Of a stretch of 64,000 nucleotides of DNA, positions 1 to 9,921 are shown in pieces (the stretch's first letter is position 1; each line of letters starts with the position of its first letter). Source of the stretch: Bacillota bacterium (GTDB lineage: Bacteria; Bacillota; Clostridia; DSM-8532). The stretch covers positions 62,609 through 126,608 of the forward strand of contig JAEYOK010000027.1 in assembly GCA_023411795.1 (NCBI GenBank), written 5' to 3'. The notes under the pieces are model-generated. The model did no database searches. It was given only the letters and a program-made list of their open reading frames with translations, and was not told the origin of the DNA. Position numbers and translations under genes: made by a program.

Positions 1-1
1 A

Positions 2-286
2 TTGAAGGGAACAAACGGACAAGCCTATAACGTTGTCAATGAGGAATCGACTATGACAATATCACAAATGGCAGAGTTAGTCGCCACTAAAGTTGCAGAA
101 GGGGATATTTCGGTTAAGTATGAAGTGCCTGAAACCAACATCTATGGGTATGCCAGCCCTAGTAAAAATAGGCTTTCATCAGAGAAATTATGCTCACTTG
201 GCTGGAAGCCTATGTATGGCATGGAGGATATGTACCGAAGAATGATAGAGAGCATGAAAGCCCAGTCCTCTGATAGTAAAATATGA
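2..286 (+). CDS. C-terminal fragment of an NAD-dependent nucleotide-sugar epimerase/dehydratase family protein (5' end outside window)
   Basis: ORF is open to the window edge. The tail ...LGWKPMYGMEDMYRRMIES resembles the C-termini of SDR-type sugar epimerases/dehydratases, and it sits at the head of a glycan gene cluster. Confidence 0.45.
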   Translation: MKGTNGQAYNVVNEESTMTISQMAELVATKVAEGDISVKYEVPETNIYGYASPSKNRLSSEKLCSLGWKPMYGMEDMYRRMIESMKAQSSDSKI

Positions 287-304
287 AGTACATGGAGAGA
301 TTCA

Positions 305-1465
305 ATGGATTATATTGATGAAATAAAAAAAATTATAACCACACGACTGGGGAGCATCACGAAAAACAGAGAAGCTATACTAGATCATTTCAGGCAATTG
401 TCGACCTGCAAAGAAATATGCTTATTCGGGGCAGGTCAAGCGGGTAAATCGCTCTATTTTACTTTAAAAGAACAGAATATTAAAGTGGAATCGTTCTGCG
501 ACAATGACAGAAATAAGTGGGGAAAAATCGTTGTTGATTCTAAACCATGTATTTCATATAATGAGCTTTTAAAATACAAAGATAATGTAATTTGCGTTAT
601 TTCAACAGGACCCGGCTATGGCAGTGAAATATACAAGCAGTTATCAAAAAGCGGATTTAAAAATATATACGGAAGAGAGATATTTATTTCACAGACAGTT
701 CATCCTGACATTGTTCTTTATGATTCAGATGAAACATCTCAAAGGCTACTGCGAATAACACGTTTGCTCAATGATGAATACTCATTGAAAGTATTATTTT
801 ATAAGCTCAAATCTTTGACTGCCGAGTTGAACGAATGGATGAACTTCAGTTTTAATGATATCCTTGACAGGAACATCTATTTTATCGAGAATGGACGGTA
901 TCTGAAGGATAATTGTACAATAATCGATTGCGGTGCTTATAATGGAGATACTTTGTTGAATCTGATAGACACACTGAAATATGTGAACTTTCAGAATTAC
1001 ATTTGCTATGAGATGGATCCGGAGAATTTCGGACTGCTTCAGAATTTCATCGATAGACTACCTGACCCATTGCGGCAAAAAGTTACTGCATATAACCTAG
1101 GTATTGGTAAAAGCACAAGCAGTGTAAAGTATCGTGGTAATCTGCTCGATTGCTTCATTGATCCAAATGGGGAAAAAAATGCGGATGTCATTAAAATTGA
1201 TGATCATTTGAAAGGAATAGATGTCGATTTTATTAAAATGGATATTGAAGGCAGTGAGATGGATGCATTGATTGGAGCTGAGAAAACGCTGACAGAGTGC
1301 CGTCCTGTCTGCGCAATATCTATTTACCATAAGTTTGAAGATTTATGGGAAATCCCTTTATTTTTCGAAAAGGTTATTCCAGACTCCAGATTTATTCTTA
1401 GGCACCATAACAACTGCTATTATGATACGGTTTTTTATGCGATACCAGAAGAACGGATTTCGTAA
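305..1465 (+). CDS. FkbM-family SAM-dependent methyltransferase with N-terminal Rossmann-like (PglD_N/NeuD-like) module
   Basis: C-terminal half has IIDCGAYNGDT ... FIKMDIEGSEMDAL, typical of FkbM methyltransferases. N-terminus has CLFGAGQAGKSLY...FCDNDRNKWGK. RBS GGAGAG lies upstream. Confidence 0.8.
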   Translation: MDYIDEIKKIITTRLGSITKNREAILDHFRQLSTCKEICLFGAGQAGKSLYFTLKEQNIKVESFCDNDRNKWGKIVVDSKPCISYNELLKYKDNVICVISTGPGYGSEIYKQLSKSGFKNIYGREIFISQTVHPDIVLYDSDETSQRLLRITRLLNDEYSLKVLFYKLKSLTAELNEWMNFSFNDILDRNIYFIENGRYLKDNCTIIDCGAYNGDTLLNLIDTLKYVNFQNYICYEMDPENFGLLQNFIDRLPDPLRQKVTAYNLGIGKSTSSVKYRGNLLDCFIDPNGEKNADVIKIDDHLKGIDVDFIKMDIEGSEMDALIGAEKTLTECRPVCAISIYHKFEDLWEIPLFFEKVIPDSRFILRHHNNCYYDTVFYAIPEERIS

Positions 1466-1508
1466 AAGTCAAAATCTTTGTTTAATATTGTAAGGAACGG
1501 TAGCAGCA

Positions 1509-2333
1509 ATGGAAATTCCAAAGGCAGATTTCAGGAAAATTCAACTAATTATGTTGGAGATGCTGATTGAATTTGATCGGATATGCAATAAGAATAATAT
1601 TGTCTATTCTTTGGATGGTGGTACACTATTGGGAGCCATCCGCCATAAAGGCTTTATACCTTGGGATCCGGATATCGATGTCATCATGCATCGAAAGGAG
1701 TATGAAAAGTTCAGGGAAGCCTGTAAAGTTGATCTTGATACAAGGCGTTTCTTCCTACAGGACCACACTCTTGATCCCTATTACCGATGGGGTTATGCGC
1801 GCTTAAGGCGCAAAAGAACAGAATTTGTTCGAGCTGGACATGAACATATGAAATACAAAAGAGGAATTTTCATAGATATTATGCTTGTAGATAATGTGCC
1901 GGACAGCCGTTTTATGCGTCCTATACATAATTTTTTATGCTTCTGTATCAGAAAAATCCTATGGGCAGAAGCAGGTAAATTTTTGCATTCAAAATGGTAT
2001 GGTCGAATATGGTACCGGTTATTGTCACTGATACCTGCAGAATGGGTATTCAGTTTAAGAGATTGGATAGCAGGTATTAATAATGCCAGGAACACAGAAC
2101 TTATAAGGAGAATGACAGGCGAATACCCGAAAAGGTGCAAATACGGTACACCAAAATACTTTTATAATAATAGGGTTAAAGTTGAGTTTGAAGGACATAT
2201 GTTCTGGGCTTTTGAACAATATGATCAATATCTCAGGCTTGTTTACGGGGATTACATGCAATTACCGCCACCGGGAAAAAGGGTTCCTCATATTCCCTGT
2301 TCAAAATATAAGCTGATAGAGCCTGAATTATGA
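1509..2333 (+). CDS. licD: LicD-family phosphotransferase (phosphocholine/polyol-phosphate transferase family)
   Basis: Hallmark LDGGTLLGAIRHKGFIPWDPDIDV motif. Size of 274 aa is typical. Confidence 0.85.
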   Translation: MEIPKADFRKIQLIMLEMLIEFDRICNKNNIVYSLDGGTLLGAIRHKGFIPWDPDIDVIMHRKEYEKFREACKVDLDTRRFFLQDHTLDPYYRWGYARLRRKRTEFVRAGHEHMKYKRGIFIDIMLVDNVPDSRFMRPIHNFLCFCIRKILWAEAGKFLHSKWYGRIWYRLLSLIPAEWVFSLRDWIAGINNARNTELIRRMTGEYPKRCKYGTPKYFYNNRVKVEFEGHMFWAFEQYDQYLRLVYGDYMQLPPPGKRVPHIPCSKYKLIEPEL

Positions 2334-2436
2334 AATCACATATGTCATGCAGGACTTAGTGAGCAGAAAAACCGTAGCCAAAAATGAACCTATGCCCATC
2401 ATATAACGGTTAAGGATATGGAAGGAATAAACCTGT

Positions 2437-4008
2437 ATGGAGAAAGAAAGTCTTTATAATTTATTTGATAGTGGCTTTGCTCAGTATAAAGATATCCCTA
2501 TAGCTCTATATGGGTTGGGAATAAATACTAAATATCTTCTAGAGGAAGCAAAAACATATAATATTGTTGGAATTATTGCAAATGAAAGAATTGGCGAAAT
2601 TGTTTATGAAAAAGAAGTGATGGCAATCGAGTCAGTTCCGGGAAAAGTCAGAATAATTATTATTATTGCGCAGGCGAAATCAATCAAGACTATCTATGAA
2701 CGGATTAAGTACATTGAAGATACCGGGATTGATATTTATGACCTCTATGGGAAAAAACTGAAGGACTATTATGATGAAGAAACCCCAAATGCGGTAAAAC
2801 CTCTCACCTTTGAATCAGCCTCAGCGATGAGTTCTTATGACCGAATGCTATACTCTTCAGTGGCAAATGTAATTAAATATGCTGTAAATAAAAGTGATCA
2901 CAATGTTTTGTACCTATTTTCCCAGAAAGCCTTTCATGACCCCCTGTCATTTGTAAAAGCAAAAGGAAAATTAACAATAGATGATATGTACAAGCTGGGC
3001 TACTATTGCTTTGCACCCATAACCGCTAACTTTCTTGCATGGTTGGTTAAAGAGTTTGAGAATATCAATAAATCCATAATTCTTTTTTCATCAAGAGATG
3101 GATATTTACTATTCAAACTGTACAGGTACCTAACAATTATAAGGCCGGAGCTGGTGCTTCCGGAAGCAGAATATTTTTATATTTCAAGAAGAGCTGCAAC
3201 CGTTGCTTGCATTCGGAAAGAATCTGATATTGTTGATATTGTAGCTTCCGTTTTAAGGCTATCAATGGGAAACTTGCGGGAGACTTTGGAACAGCGTCTA
3301 GGAAAAGTATTTGATAAATGTGATCCCATCCTGAACCGTTCACTTACAGATGTTCTAGGAAATGATGAAATCGATAAGATCTCAGAGAGAGTTTTGAAAT
3401 ATAAAGCAGAAATACAGGAAAATGCGGCATTTGAACGAGAGAATTATTTTAAATATCTGAAAAAAATTAATCTTAGTTTATACAATAACATTTTTCTATT
3501 TGATTTATACTCAAGAGGAACAAATGTAACAAAGCTGGGTTCTCTGCTTGACAGAGAAGTGAAATTATTATGCTATGCCGTTAAGGATTATCCAAATGAA
3601 TATATCAACTCCGAAAATAAATTTAAAAGCATGTTTGATAGCTCCAAAATCATATCGGGAGAGTGGTTCAGAAGATGCTACCAGTTGTTTGAGATAGTAT
3701 ACGCATCATCTGAAGGACAACTTGAGTGTTTTAACAAGGATGGTCTCCCCCTATTCACTGAGAACAGTCAATATAACTATGGCTATATTCAGGAAGTGCA
3801 AAAAGGAATTACAGCTTTTATAAACGATTTGGACTCTTTTGACGATAATTGGTATAGGAACGAATTTAGCCTGGATATGGTGGATTTCATGTGCGGAATG
3901 CTGGCTCAAAGATATTCTGTTTTTTCCCCTGATATACGTAATGGTTTCTTATATCAGGACAGTTTCTCATCGGATGAAACTATAAATATTTGGGATAGTA
4001 TAATATGA
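2437..4008 (+). CDS. Uncharacterised two-module protein: N-terminal Rossmann-like module plus C-terminal 'RDG' module
   Basis: N-terminus IALYGLGINTKYLL...IIANERIG. The C-terminal ~370 aa are colinear with the C-terminal regions of the 7759..9921 and 11578..14796 products (ILFSSRDGYLLFKLY, FLFDLYSRGTN). Confidence 0.6.
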   Translation: MEKESLYNLFDSGFAQYKDIPIALYGLGINTKYLLEEAKTYNIVGIIANERIGEIVYEKEVMAIESVPGKVRIIIIIAQAKSIKTIYERIKYIEDTGIDIYDLYGKKLKDYYDEETPNAVKPLTFESASAMSSYDRMLYSSVANVIKYAVNKSDHNVLYLFSQKAFHDPLSFVKAKGKLTIDDMYKLGYYCFAPITANFLAWLVKEFENINKSIILFSSRDGYLLFKLYRYLTIIRPELVLPEAEYFYISRRAATVACIRKESDIVDIVASVLRLSMGNLRETLEQRLGKVFDKCDPILNRSLTDVLGNDEIDKISERVLKYKAEIQENAAFERENYFKYLKKINLSLYNNIFLFDLYSRGTNVTKLGSLLDREVKLLCYAVKDYPNEYINSENKFKSMFDSSKIISGEWFRRCYQLFEIVYASSEGQLECFNKDGLPLFTENSQYNYGYIQEVQKGITAFINDLDSFDDNWYRNEFSLDMVDFMCGMLAQRYSVFSPDIRNGFLYQDSFSSDETINIWDSII

Positions 4009-6533
4009 GGTTTAATATTATGAGGAAGTTTAAAAAGGATATTATTATAGACCTTACTAAGTCATTAAGAGAAGCATATGAAAAACTAATTCTACTAGTG
4101 GATGATGAAGATTATGAAGAGGTTTACAGTCTTTTGGAAATCTGCCAGCAGGGAGCTTTATCTATTGGCACATCTATTGAAGAGTCTGAAAGTAATTATG
4201 AAGAAATTATACCGGAGCTGGAGGCATACTGTGATGACCTTTATCTCATTGGCAATAAACTGGCAAATCATGATTATGATTTTGATTCAGTTTTTGCGTC
4301 CATAGACAGGCGGCTCATTTTAATTGATAACTTCATCATAAATAATGTAAGGGTTATATATGAAATTGCTTTTTTACCATACAACGCATCAATGTGGGAT
4401 TCAATGGAGAGTGTCTGGATGGCTGCTAATAAAGACTCAAGGTGCAACTGCTATGTAGTTCCCATACCCTATTACGAGATAACTGCAGATGGCTCGGTAA
4501 TGAAATATGAAGGTTCATCATTTCCAAAATATGTTCCGGTGGTTCATTATAACAGCTACAGTCTGCAAGACAGGAAACCTGATATTATATATATTCATAA
4601 TCCTTATGATCAGTATAACAGAGTAACCTCGGTTCATCCCTCCTTCTATTCTTCGGAATTGAAGAAGCATACAAATATGCTAGTATATATTCCATACTTT
4701 GTTACAGGAAGATTTGTACCTGAAACATTTTTAAGTCTTCCCTCCTATAATTATATTGATAAAATAGTGATACAATCTCATAATCAGCTCCGGTATTACA
4801 GGCAGCATATACCTGCTGGAAAGTTGATTGCCCTAGGTTCACCAAAAGTAGATAGGGTAATCTCTCTAAGCAAGCTACAGAAAAATTATCCTGAAGAATG
4901 GAAAAGCATAATTGGAAATAAAAAAGTTATTTTTTATAATACAAGCCTGTCGGGACTTCTTAAATACCGGGAAAAAGCCCTCGATAAAATGGAATACATA
5001 TTCTCAGTCTTTAGTAACAGGGATACGGAGGTCTTATTGTGGAGACCTCATCCTTTAAGCAAGGCCACCCTTCGTTCGATGGTACCTGAGCTGTATCAAA
5101 GATATTGCGAGCTAGAGCAGAAATTTATAAATGAAAATATTGGGATATATGACACCACCTCTGACGTTTCAAACTCAGTTGCACTATCAGATGCATATAT
5201 AGGAGAAGAAGGCTCATCTGTCGTCCACTTATTTGGGGTTACCGGTAAACCTATATTTTTGTTGGATATGGAGTTGCCGGAAGATATAATACATAAACAA
5301 GAAAATCTTGTGGGCTGCATGGATGCATATTTAGAAAATGATAATCTGTGGTTCATGCATTGCCACTATAATGCACTGTGCAAAATGGATATAAACACCG
5401 GAAAGGCAGAAATCGTAGATTTAGTTCCCTACGAACCTCTGAATAAGGACCGTTTGTTTTACGAAATAGTAAGAATAAATGAAAAACTGTATTTTGCTCC
5501 CCATAGGGCAAAAGAACTTGCTGTATATGATTTGTCAAAAAAACATTTTGTAGGGGTTGCCCATAAACGAGTTGTAAGAAATATAGCAACTCAGTTTTCA
5601 AGAATAGTCCATTATAAGGATTACCTGTTCATAATTCCCACCTATTACCCTGCACTGGTGAGATATGATATAAAAAATAATATATATAAATACTATCCCA
5701 ATTTTAATGATGCTCTGAAGATGGAAGGAAACAGAACTTATCAAAATGGTCCTCTATTTTTGAACGCAGTGTATGTTGAGGGAGATCTATTATTGGTTGC
5801 TTCAGCAATATCTAATACGGTCGTTGAGTTTAACATGGAAACTGAAAATATAAACATTCATAAAGTAGGAAGCGCTGGAAACAACTACTTTGGTATGGAA
5901 TACGATGGCAATGATTACTGGCTGATTCCCTACAAGAGCAAGGTAATCGTTAAGTGGAACAGAATAACGGGTCGGGCATTTGAGTATGCTCAATTCCCGG
6001 AGGGCTTTATTAGCGGAAACAATCCATTCTTTAGTATTATTAGTTGTAATGAATACATGCTGGCATTCCCTAAGCATGCAAATATGATAGTTAAAATAGA
6101 CAAGAATACAGGTCATATGAGTGAATATAAGCTACCCTTGCACTATAGAGAAGGTGACAGGAAGGAATCCTATTATAGTTGGGTCAACAACTACTATTTT
6201 GCTAAGAAATCCGATGATAGGCATGTACTGGCATTGACGGCTTACGATAGCAGTTTATTAATTATAGACGTCGAAGCCCAAACTTATGTCACTAAAAAAT
6301 GCATAATCGAGAAAAGAATCTTAGAGACTGAATTTGGACGCCTTGATGATAATTATCCATATGTACTTAAGGAGAGCTGTGACGTAAATCTGAAAGACTT
6401 TATTTATGAGCTGGAGGAAAAACGGGCTTTTGATCCTAATGTGCAATTAAAGGCATACTCATCAGTTTTTGATAATATGGATGGATCCTGCGGTGAAAAA
6501 ATACATAGCTTAATAATTAGTGATATCGTATAA
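4005..6533 (+). CDS. CDP-glycerol glycerophosphotransferase (TagB/TagF)-like protein with C-terminal six-fold repeat (beta-propeller-like) domain
   Basis: ATGA start/stop overlap with the upstream gene. Central region has FLPYNASMWDSMESVW...IYIHNPYDQYN...LVYIPYF...VLLWRPHP...SDAYIGEEGSS, the pattern of Glyphos_transf-type enzymes as I recall it. Aa ~440-765 contain six similar ~50-aa repeats. Confidence 0.6.
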   Translation: MRFNIMRKFKKDIIIDLTKSLREAYEKLILLVDDEDYEEVYSLLEICQQGALSIGTSIEESESNYEEIIPELEAYCDDLYLIGNKLANHDYDFDSVFASIDRRLILIDNFIINNVRVIYEIAFLPYNASMWDSMESVWMAANKDSRCNCYVVPIPYYEITADGSVMKYEGSSFPKYVPVVHYNSYSLQDRKPDIIYIHNPYDQYNRVTSVHPSFYSSELKKHTNMLVYIPYFVTGRFVPETFLSLPSYNYIDKIVIQSHNQLRYYRQHIPAGKLIALGSPKVDRVISLSKLQKNYPEEWKSIIGNKKVIFYNTSLSGLLKYREKALDKMEYIFSVFSNRDTEVLLWRPHPLSKATLRSMVPELYQRYCELEQKFINENIGIYDTTSDVSNSVALSDAYIGEEGSSVVHLFGVTGKPIFLLDMELPEDIIHKQENLVGCMDAYLENDNLWFMHCHYNALCKMDINTGKAEIVDLVPYEPLNKDRLFYEIVRINEKLYFAPHRAKELAVYDLSKKHFVGVAHKRVVRNIATQFSRIVHYKDYLFIIPTYYPALVRYDIKNNIYKYYPNFNDALKMEGNRTYQNGPLFLNAVYVEGDLLLVASAISNTVVEFNMETENINIHKVGSAGNNYFGMEYDGNDYWLIPYKSKVIVKWNRITGRAFEYAQFPEGFISGNNPFFSIISCNEYMLAFPKHANMIVKIDKNTGHMSEYKLPLHYREGDRKESYYSWVNNYYFAKKSDDRHVLALTAYDSSLLIIDVEAQTYVTKKCIIEKRILETEFGRLDDNYPYVLKESCDVNLKDFIYELEEKRAFDPNVQLKAYSSVFDNMDGSCGEKIHSLIISDIV

Positions 6534-6548
6534 GAGCAGGAGGAAATA

Positions 6549-7742
6549 ATGGATCAGAATTTTTTACAGGATGAAATGAGAAATGATTATAAGGTATTAA
6601 AAGAAATCAAGCAATTGTGGGCTGTTGAATTGGATCTGATTGAAATGCTTAAGGATGTGTGTGAGCGAAACCATTTAAAATATTTTATAGCCGGGGGAAC
6701 GCTTTTAGGTGCTGTCAGGCATAAAGGATTTATACCCTGGGACGATGATGTAGACTTTTTAATGCCAAGAGAGGATTTTGAAATACTAAAAAAAATTGCA
6801 CCTAGTGAATTTAAAGAACCATATTTCTTTCAAACCGAAGAAAGTGACCCTGATATTTTTCTGGGTGGTTATGCCAAGCTCCGAAATAGCAACACAACTA
6901 TGTTTGAAAATATACATTTTTATCATAATGCGAATTTTGGCATATGGATTGACATTTTTGTTCTCGATTACGTACATATGGATTTAAAAAAGAGAAAAAA
7001 GCAGATTAAGAGGATAAGAAATCTGCAAAAGCTGATCTATGCAATAAATTACAGAGAATATAAAAAGTTTCTGAAACTATCATGGATTTGTTGGACCATA
7101 TATAAAATAATAGCATTGTTCTGCAATAGAGCCCGGCTATGTAATCGGTTATTTAATGCCATGACATGCTGTAAAACATCAGACAGCCTTTCATGTTTAA
7201 ATTACAGCAGCAATAAATATTGGCCGATATGTTTCAATAAAGAGGATTTCAAAGGTTCAATAATGCTGGACTTTGAGCACTTGAAGTTGCCGGCTCCAAT
7301 TGGTTATGAAAATGTATTGAGATTGCTATATGGTAACGATTATATGGAATTTCCGCCTAAAGAACAACGAGAACCGCACCATAAAGTTATTCTTGAGCCG
7401 AGTATTTCATATAGAAGCTACCTCATAAAGTTTGAAAGAGTTTGTGAAGATTTTAAAGGAAAGACTATAGTCGTTTTTGGCGCGGGAAAGATGCTGGAGT
7501 ATTTTCTAGATCATGAAGGTAAAATTTATCCACCGGTATTTGTAGTCGATAATGACGGTAATAAATGGGGCACAAATGTGCATAACATACCCGTTAAACA
7601 GCCCCAATCAATCCTTATTATCCCAAATGAAAATTTGCGTCTTCTCATCTGCAGCATACATTATCGTGAAATTGCAAAACAACTCAGAGAAATGGGAATA
7701 GATAATTATTATATATACGTGCAGGAAAAAGACTGGCTTTAG
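6549..7742 (+). CDS. licD: LicD-family phosphotransferase with C-terminal Rossmann-like module
   Basis: FIAGGTLLGAVRHKGFIPWDDDVDF motif. C-terminus has TIVVFGAGKMLEYFL...VVDNDGNKWGT. Strong RBS AGGAGG. Confidence 0.85.
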   Translation: MDQNFLQDEMRNDYKVLKEIKQLWAVELDLIEMLKDVCERNHLKYFIAGGTLLGAVRHKGFIPWDDDVDFLMPREDFEILKKIAPSEFKEPYFFQTEESDPDIFLGGYAKLRNSNTTMFENIHFYHNANFGIWIDIFVLDYVHMDLKKRKKQIKRIRNLQKLIYAINYREYKKFLKLSWICWTIYKIIALFCNRARLCNRLFNAMTCCKTSDSLSCLNYSSNKYWPICFNKEDFKGSIMLDFEHLKLPAPIGYENVLRLLYGNDYMEFPPKEQREPHHKVILEPSISYRSYLIKFERVCEDFKGKTIVVFGAGKMLEYFLDHEGKIYPPVFVVDNDGNKWGTNVHNIPVKQPQSILIIPNENLRLLICSIHYREIAKQLREMGIDNYYIYVQEKDWL

Positions 7743-7758
7743 TAAATTGGAGGATATA

Positions 7759-9921
7759 ATGACTGACCTTTTTGAACTATACAGAATCGCAGTTGAGAGC
7801 TCCTTTAAAGAGAGTTTTGAAAAATATAAGGACAAAAGAATCATACTCTATGGGACCGGTGATATTGCCCGTTTTATTATGGACAAGTATTCGGACTACA
7901 ATATTATTGGTTTTTTGGATGGAAGCAGAAGCCACGGTGTAAAGCTGGGCAAGAGAATACTTTCTTATGAAGAAGCTGTACAGCAACATCCTGATATTAT
8001 TATTGTCGCAGCTAAAAAAGAGCATTTAAAAATGATTTACGACAGAATCTGTTATATGTGTTATACAAATAATATTCAGCTATATTCCATAGATGGAAGA
8101 AATCTCTTTACCGTTTTTGGATATGGCGGGCTGTCAGCCAAACAGGAATCGTTCGGTGAATTAAGTGAATCCATGCTTAAGGAGGAGATTCTTAAGCATG
8201 ATATTATATGCTTTGAGGTTTTTGATGTGCTCCTCATACGAAAAACGCTTATAAAGGCAGATTTATATAAGATAATAGAAGACAGGCTATGCAAGAAAGG
8301 AATAAACATCCCTGAATATAGCGATCTAAGGCATGGGCTTGAGAATGAGGTGATGTCAGCAGGCGGTAATATTTATGACATCTACGAAAAGTTGGCAGCC
8401 CGTGCAGGAATGAATCGGGAAACAGCCGAGACAGCGTTGGAGACTGAGCTTGCTGTCGAAAATGATTTATTGTGCTGCCGGGACAAAATGAAGGAATTGC
8501 TATTGTTTGCGGTTAACAGCGGAAAAAAAATATACCTTCTCTCCGACACATATTTCCCTTCCGATATTTTAAGGAGAATATTGAATAAGCATGGAGTCAC
8601 ACAATATGATGGCATGTTTCTATCATCCGAATATAAGACAGCAGAAACACAAGAATTATATGGCATTTTTAAATCCATAGTAAAAGGACATTCATACCTC
8701 AATATAATTGCAACCAAGGATAGCGATGATTATTACTCAGTCGAAGATATGGATATCTTTGAAATACCACGCCCCTACGACCTACTTCTTATGTCCTCAT
8801 ACAGGAATCTCAAATATAGTTTTAACTCTATAAATCATCGTTCCATGGTCGGTTTGCTTTCCTCAAGGCTGTTTTCCAATCCCTTTGCATTATACAGAAA
8901 GGCAGGACGTCCTGAGATAAATAGTATATATGATTTCGGTTATACATTTATTGCTCCGTCTTTAGCAAAATATGTACTTTGGATTATTGATACTGTTAAA
9001 GAAGGACAATATGATAATGTGCTTTTTGCTGCTCGTGACGGATTTATTACATATAAACTATATAACATAGCACAACAAGAGCTTGACATTAAGCTACCAG
9101 AAGGTATTTATTTTCAGACCTCTCGAAATTTATGTATTAATTCGGCTGTAGAAGATGAAAACGATATTCAATGGATTGCGGGTATACCCCATGCTTACTC
9201 TCCTGAGTTAATGTTAATGCAAAGATTCAGTCTTACTGAAAAGGATATCATTCAATATGATGAGAGCAGATTTACGGATGTAGTATCATATGCCTTACAT
9301 CACAAGGATAGTATTCTTGAAAATGCTAATATGGTACGGATGAACTATTTAAAATATATGGAATCGATCGGACTAAAAAAGAATAAAAACTATGCATTTG
9401 TTGATTTTGTATCGTCTGGTACCTGCCAGCAGATGCTTAACAGATTTGTACCCTTCAATATTGACGGCTTATATTTTTGCAGATATGTTATAAATAATGA
9501 TCTAAAGGAAGACCTGGTTATGAAAGCCATGTTCCAGAATCTATCGGAATCGAACATGTTTTGCAGCTATTCTTTTCACAATTATATGTTTTTGGAAACT
9601 ATGATGACTTCACTAGTGCCTTCAATAGTTAGTATGAATGAGAATGGATTACCGATATACGCCAAGGAAACCCGAAGTAACGAAGAACTTAATTATGTTA
9701 TTGATATTCATAAGGCAGTAGAGGATTATTTCAATGATTTTATTCAGAATCTTTACGCTAAAGATTCTGAAATTAATAAGCATTTTGTAGATTCTATACT
9801 AAGTTATAGGGAACATGAATTTACAAATGAACATTGTGATTTCTTTAATGATTTATACTTGTTTGAGGATCTGGGTAAAGGAAGAATTCCAGTATATAGA
9901 AAAACTATGGGTGGATCATAA
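7759..9921 (+). CDS. Rossmann-like module + degenerate HAD-like module + 'RDG' module protein
   Basis: ATG at 7759 follows GGAGG; the track ORF starts at a TTG at 7747. It contains RIILYGTGDIARF, then ICFEVFDVLLIRK and KIYLLSDTYF (HAD-like but lacking the key Asp), then VLFAARDGFITYKLY. Confidence 0.6.
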   Translation: MTDLFELYRIAVESSFKESFEKYKDKRIILYGTGDIARFIMDKYSDYNIIGFLDGSRSHGVKLGKRILSYEEAVQQHPDIIIVAAKKEHLKMIYDRICYMCYTNNIQLYSIDGRNLFTVFGYGGLSAKQESFGELSESMLKEEILKHDIICFEVFDVLLIRKTLIKADLYKIIEDRLCKKGINIPEYSDLRHGLENEVMSAGGNIYDIYEKLAARAGMNRETAETALETELAVENDLLCCRDKMKELLLFAVNSGKKIYLLSDTYFPSDILRRILNKHGVTQYDGMFLSSEYKTAETQELYGIFKSIVKGHSYLNIIATKDSDDYYSVEDMDIFEIPRPYDLLLMSSYRNLKYSFNSINHRSMVGLLSSRLFSNPFALYRKAGRPEINSIYDFGYTFIAPSLAKYVLWIIDTVKEGQYDNVLFAARDGFITYKLYNIAQQELDIKLPEGIYFQTSRNLCINSAVEDENDIQWIAGIPHAYSPELMLMQRFSLTEKDIIQYDESRFTDVVSYALHHKDSILENANMVRMNYLKYMESIGLKKNKNYAFVDFVSSGTCQQMLNRFVPFNIDGLYFCRYVINNDLKEDLVMKAMFQNLSESNMFCSYSFHNYMFLETMMTSLVPSIVSMNENGLPIYAKETRSNEELNYVIDIHKAVEDYFNDFIQNLYAKDSEINKHFVDSILSYREHEFTNEHCDFFNDLYLFEDLGKGRIPVYRKTMGGS

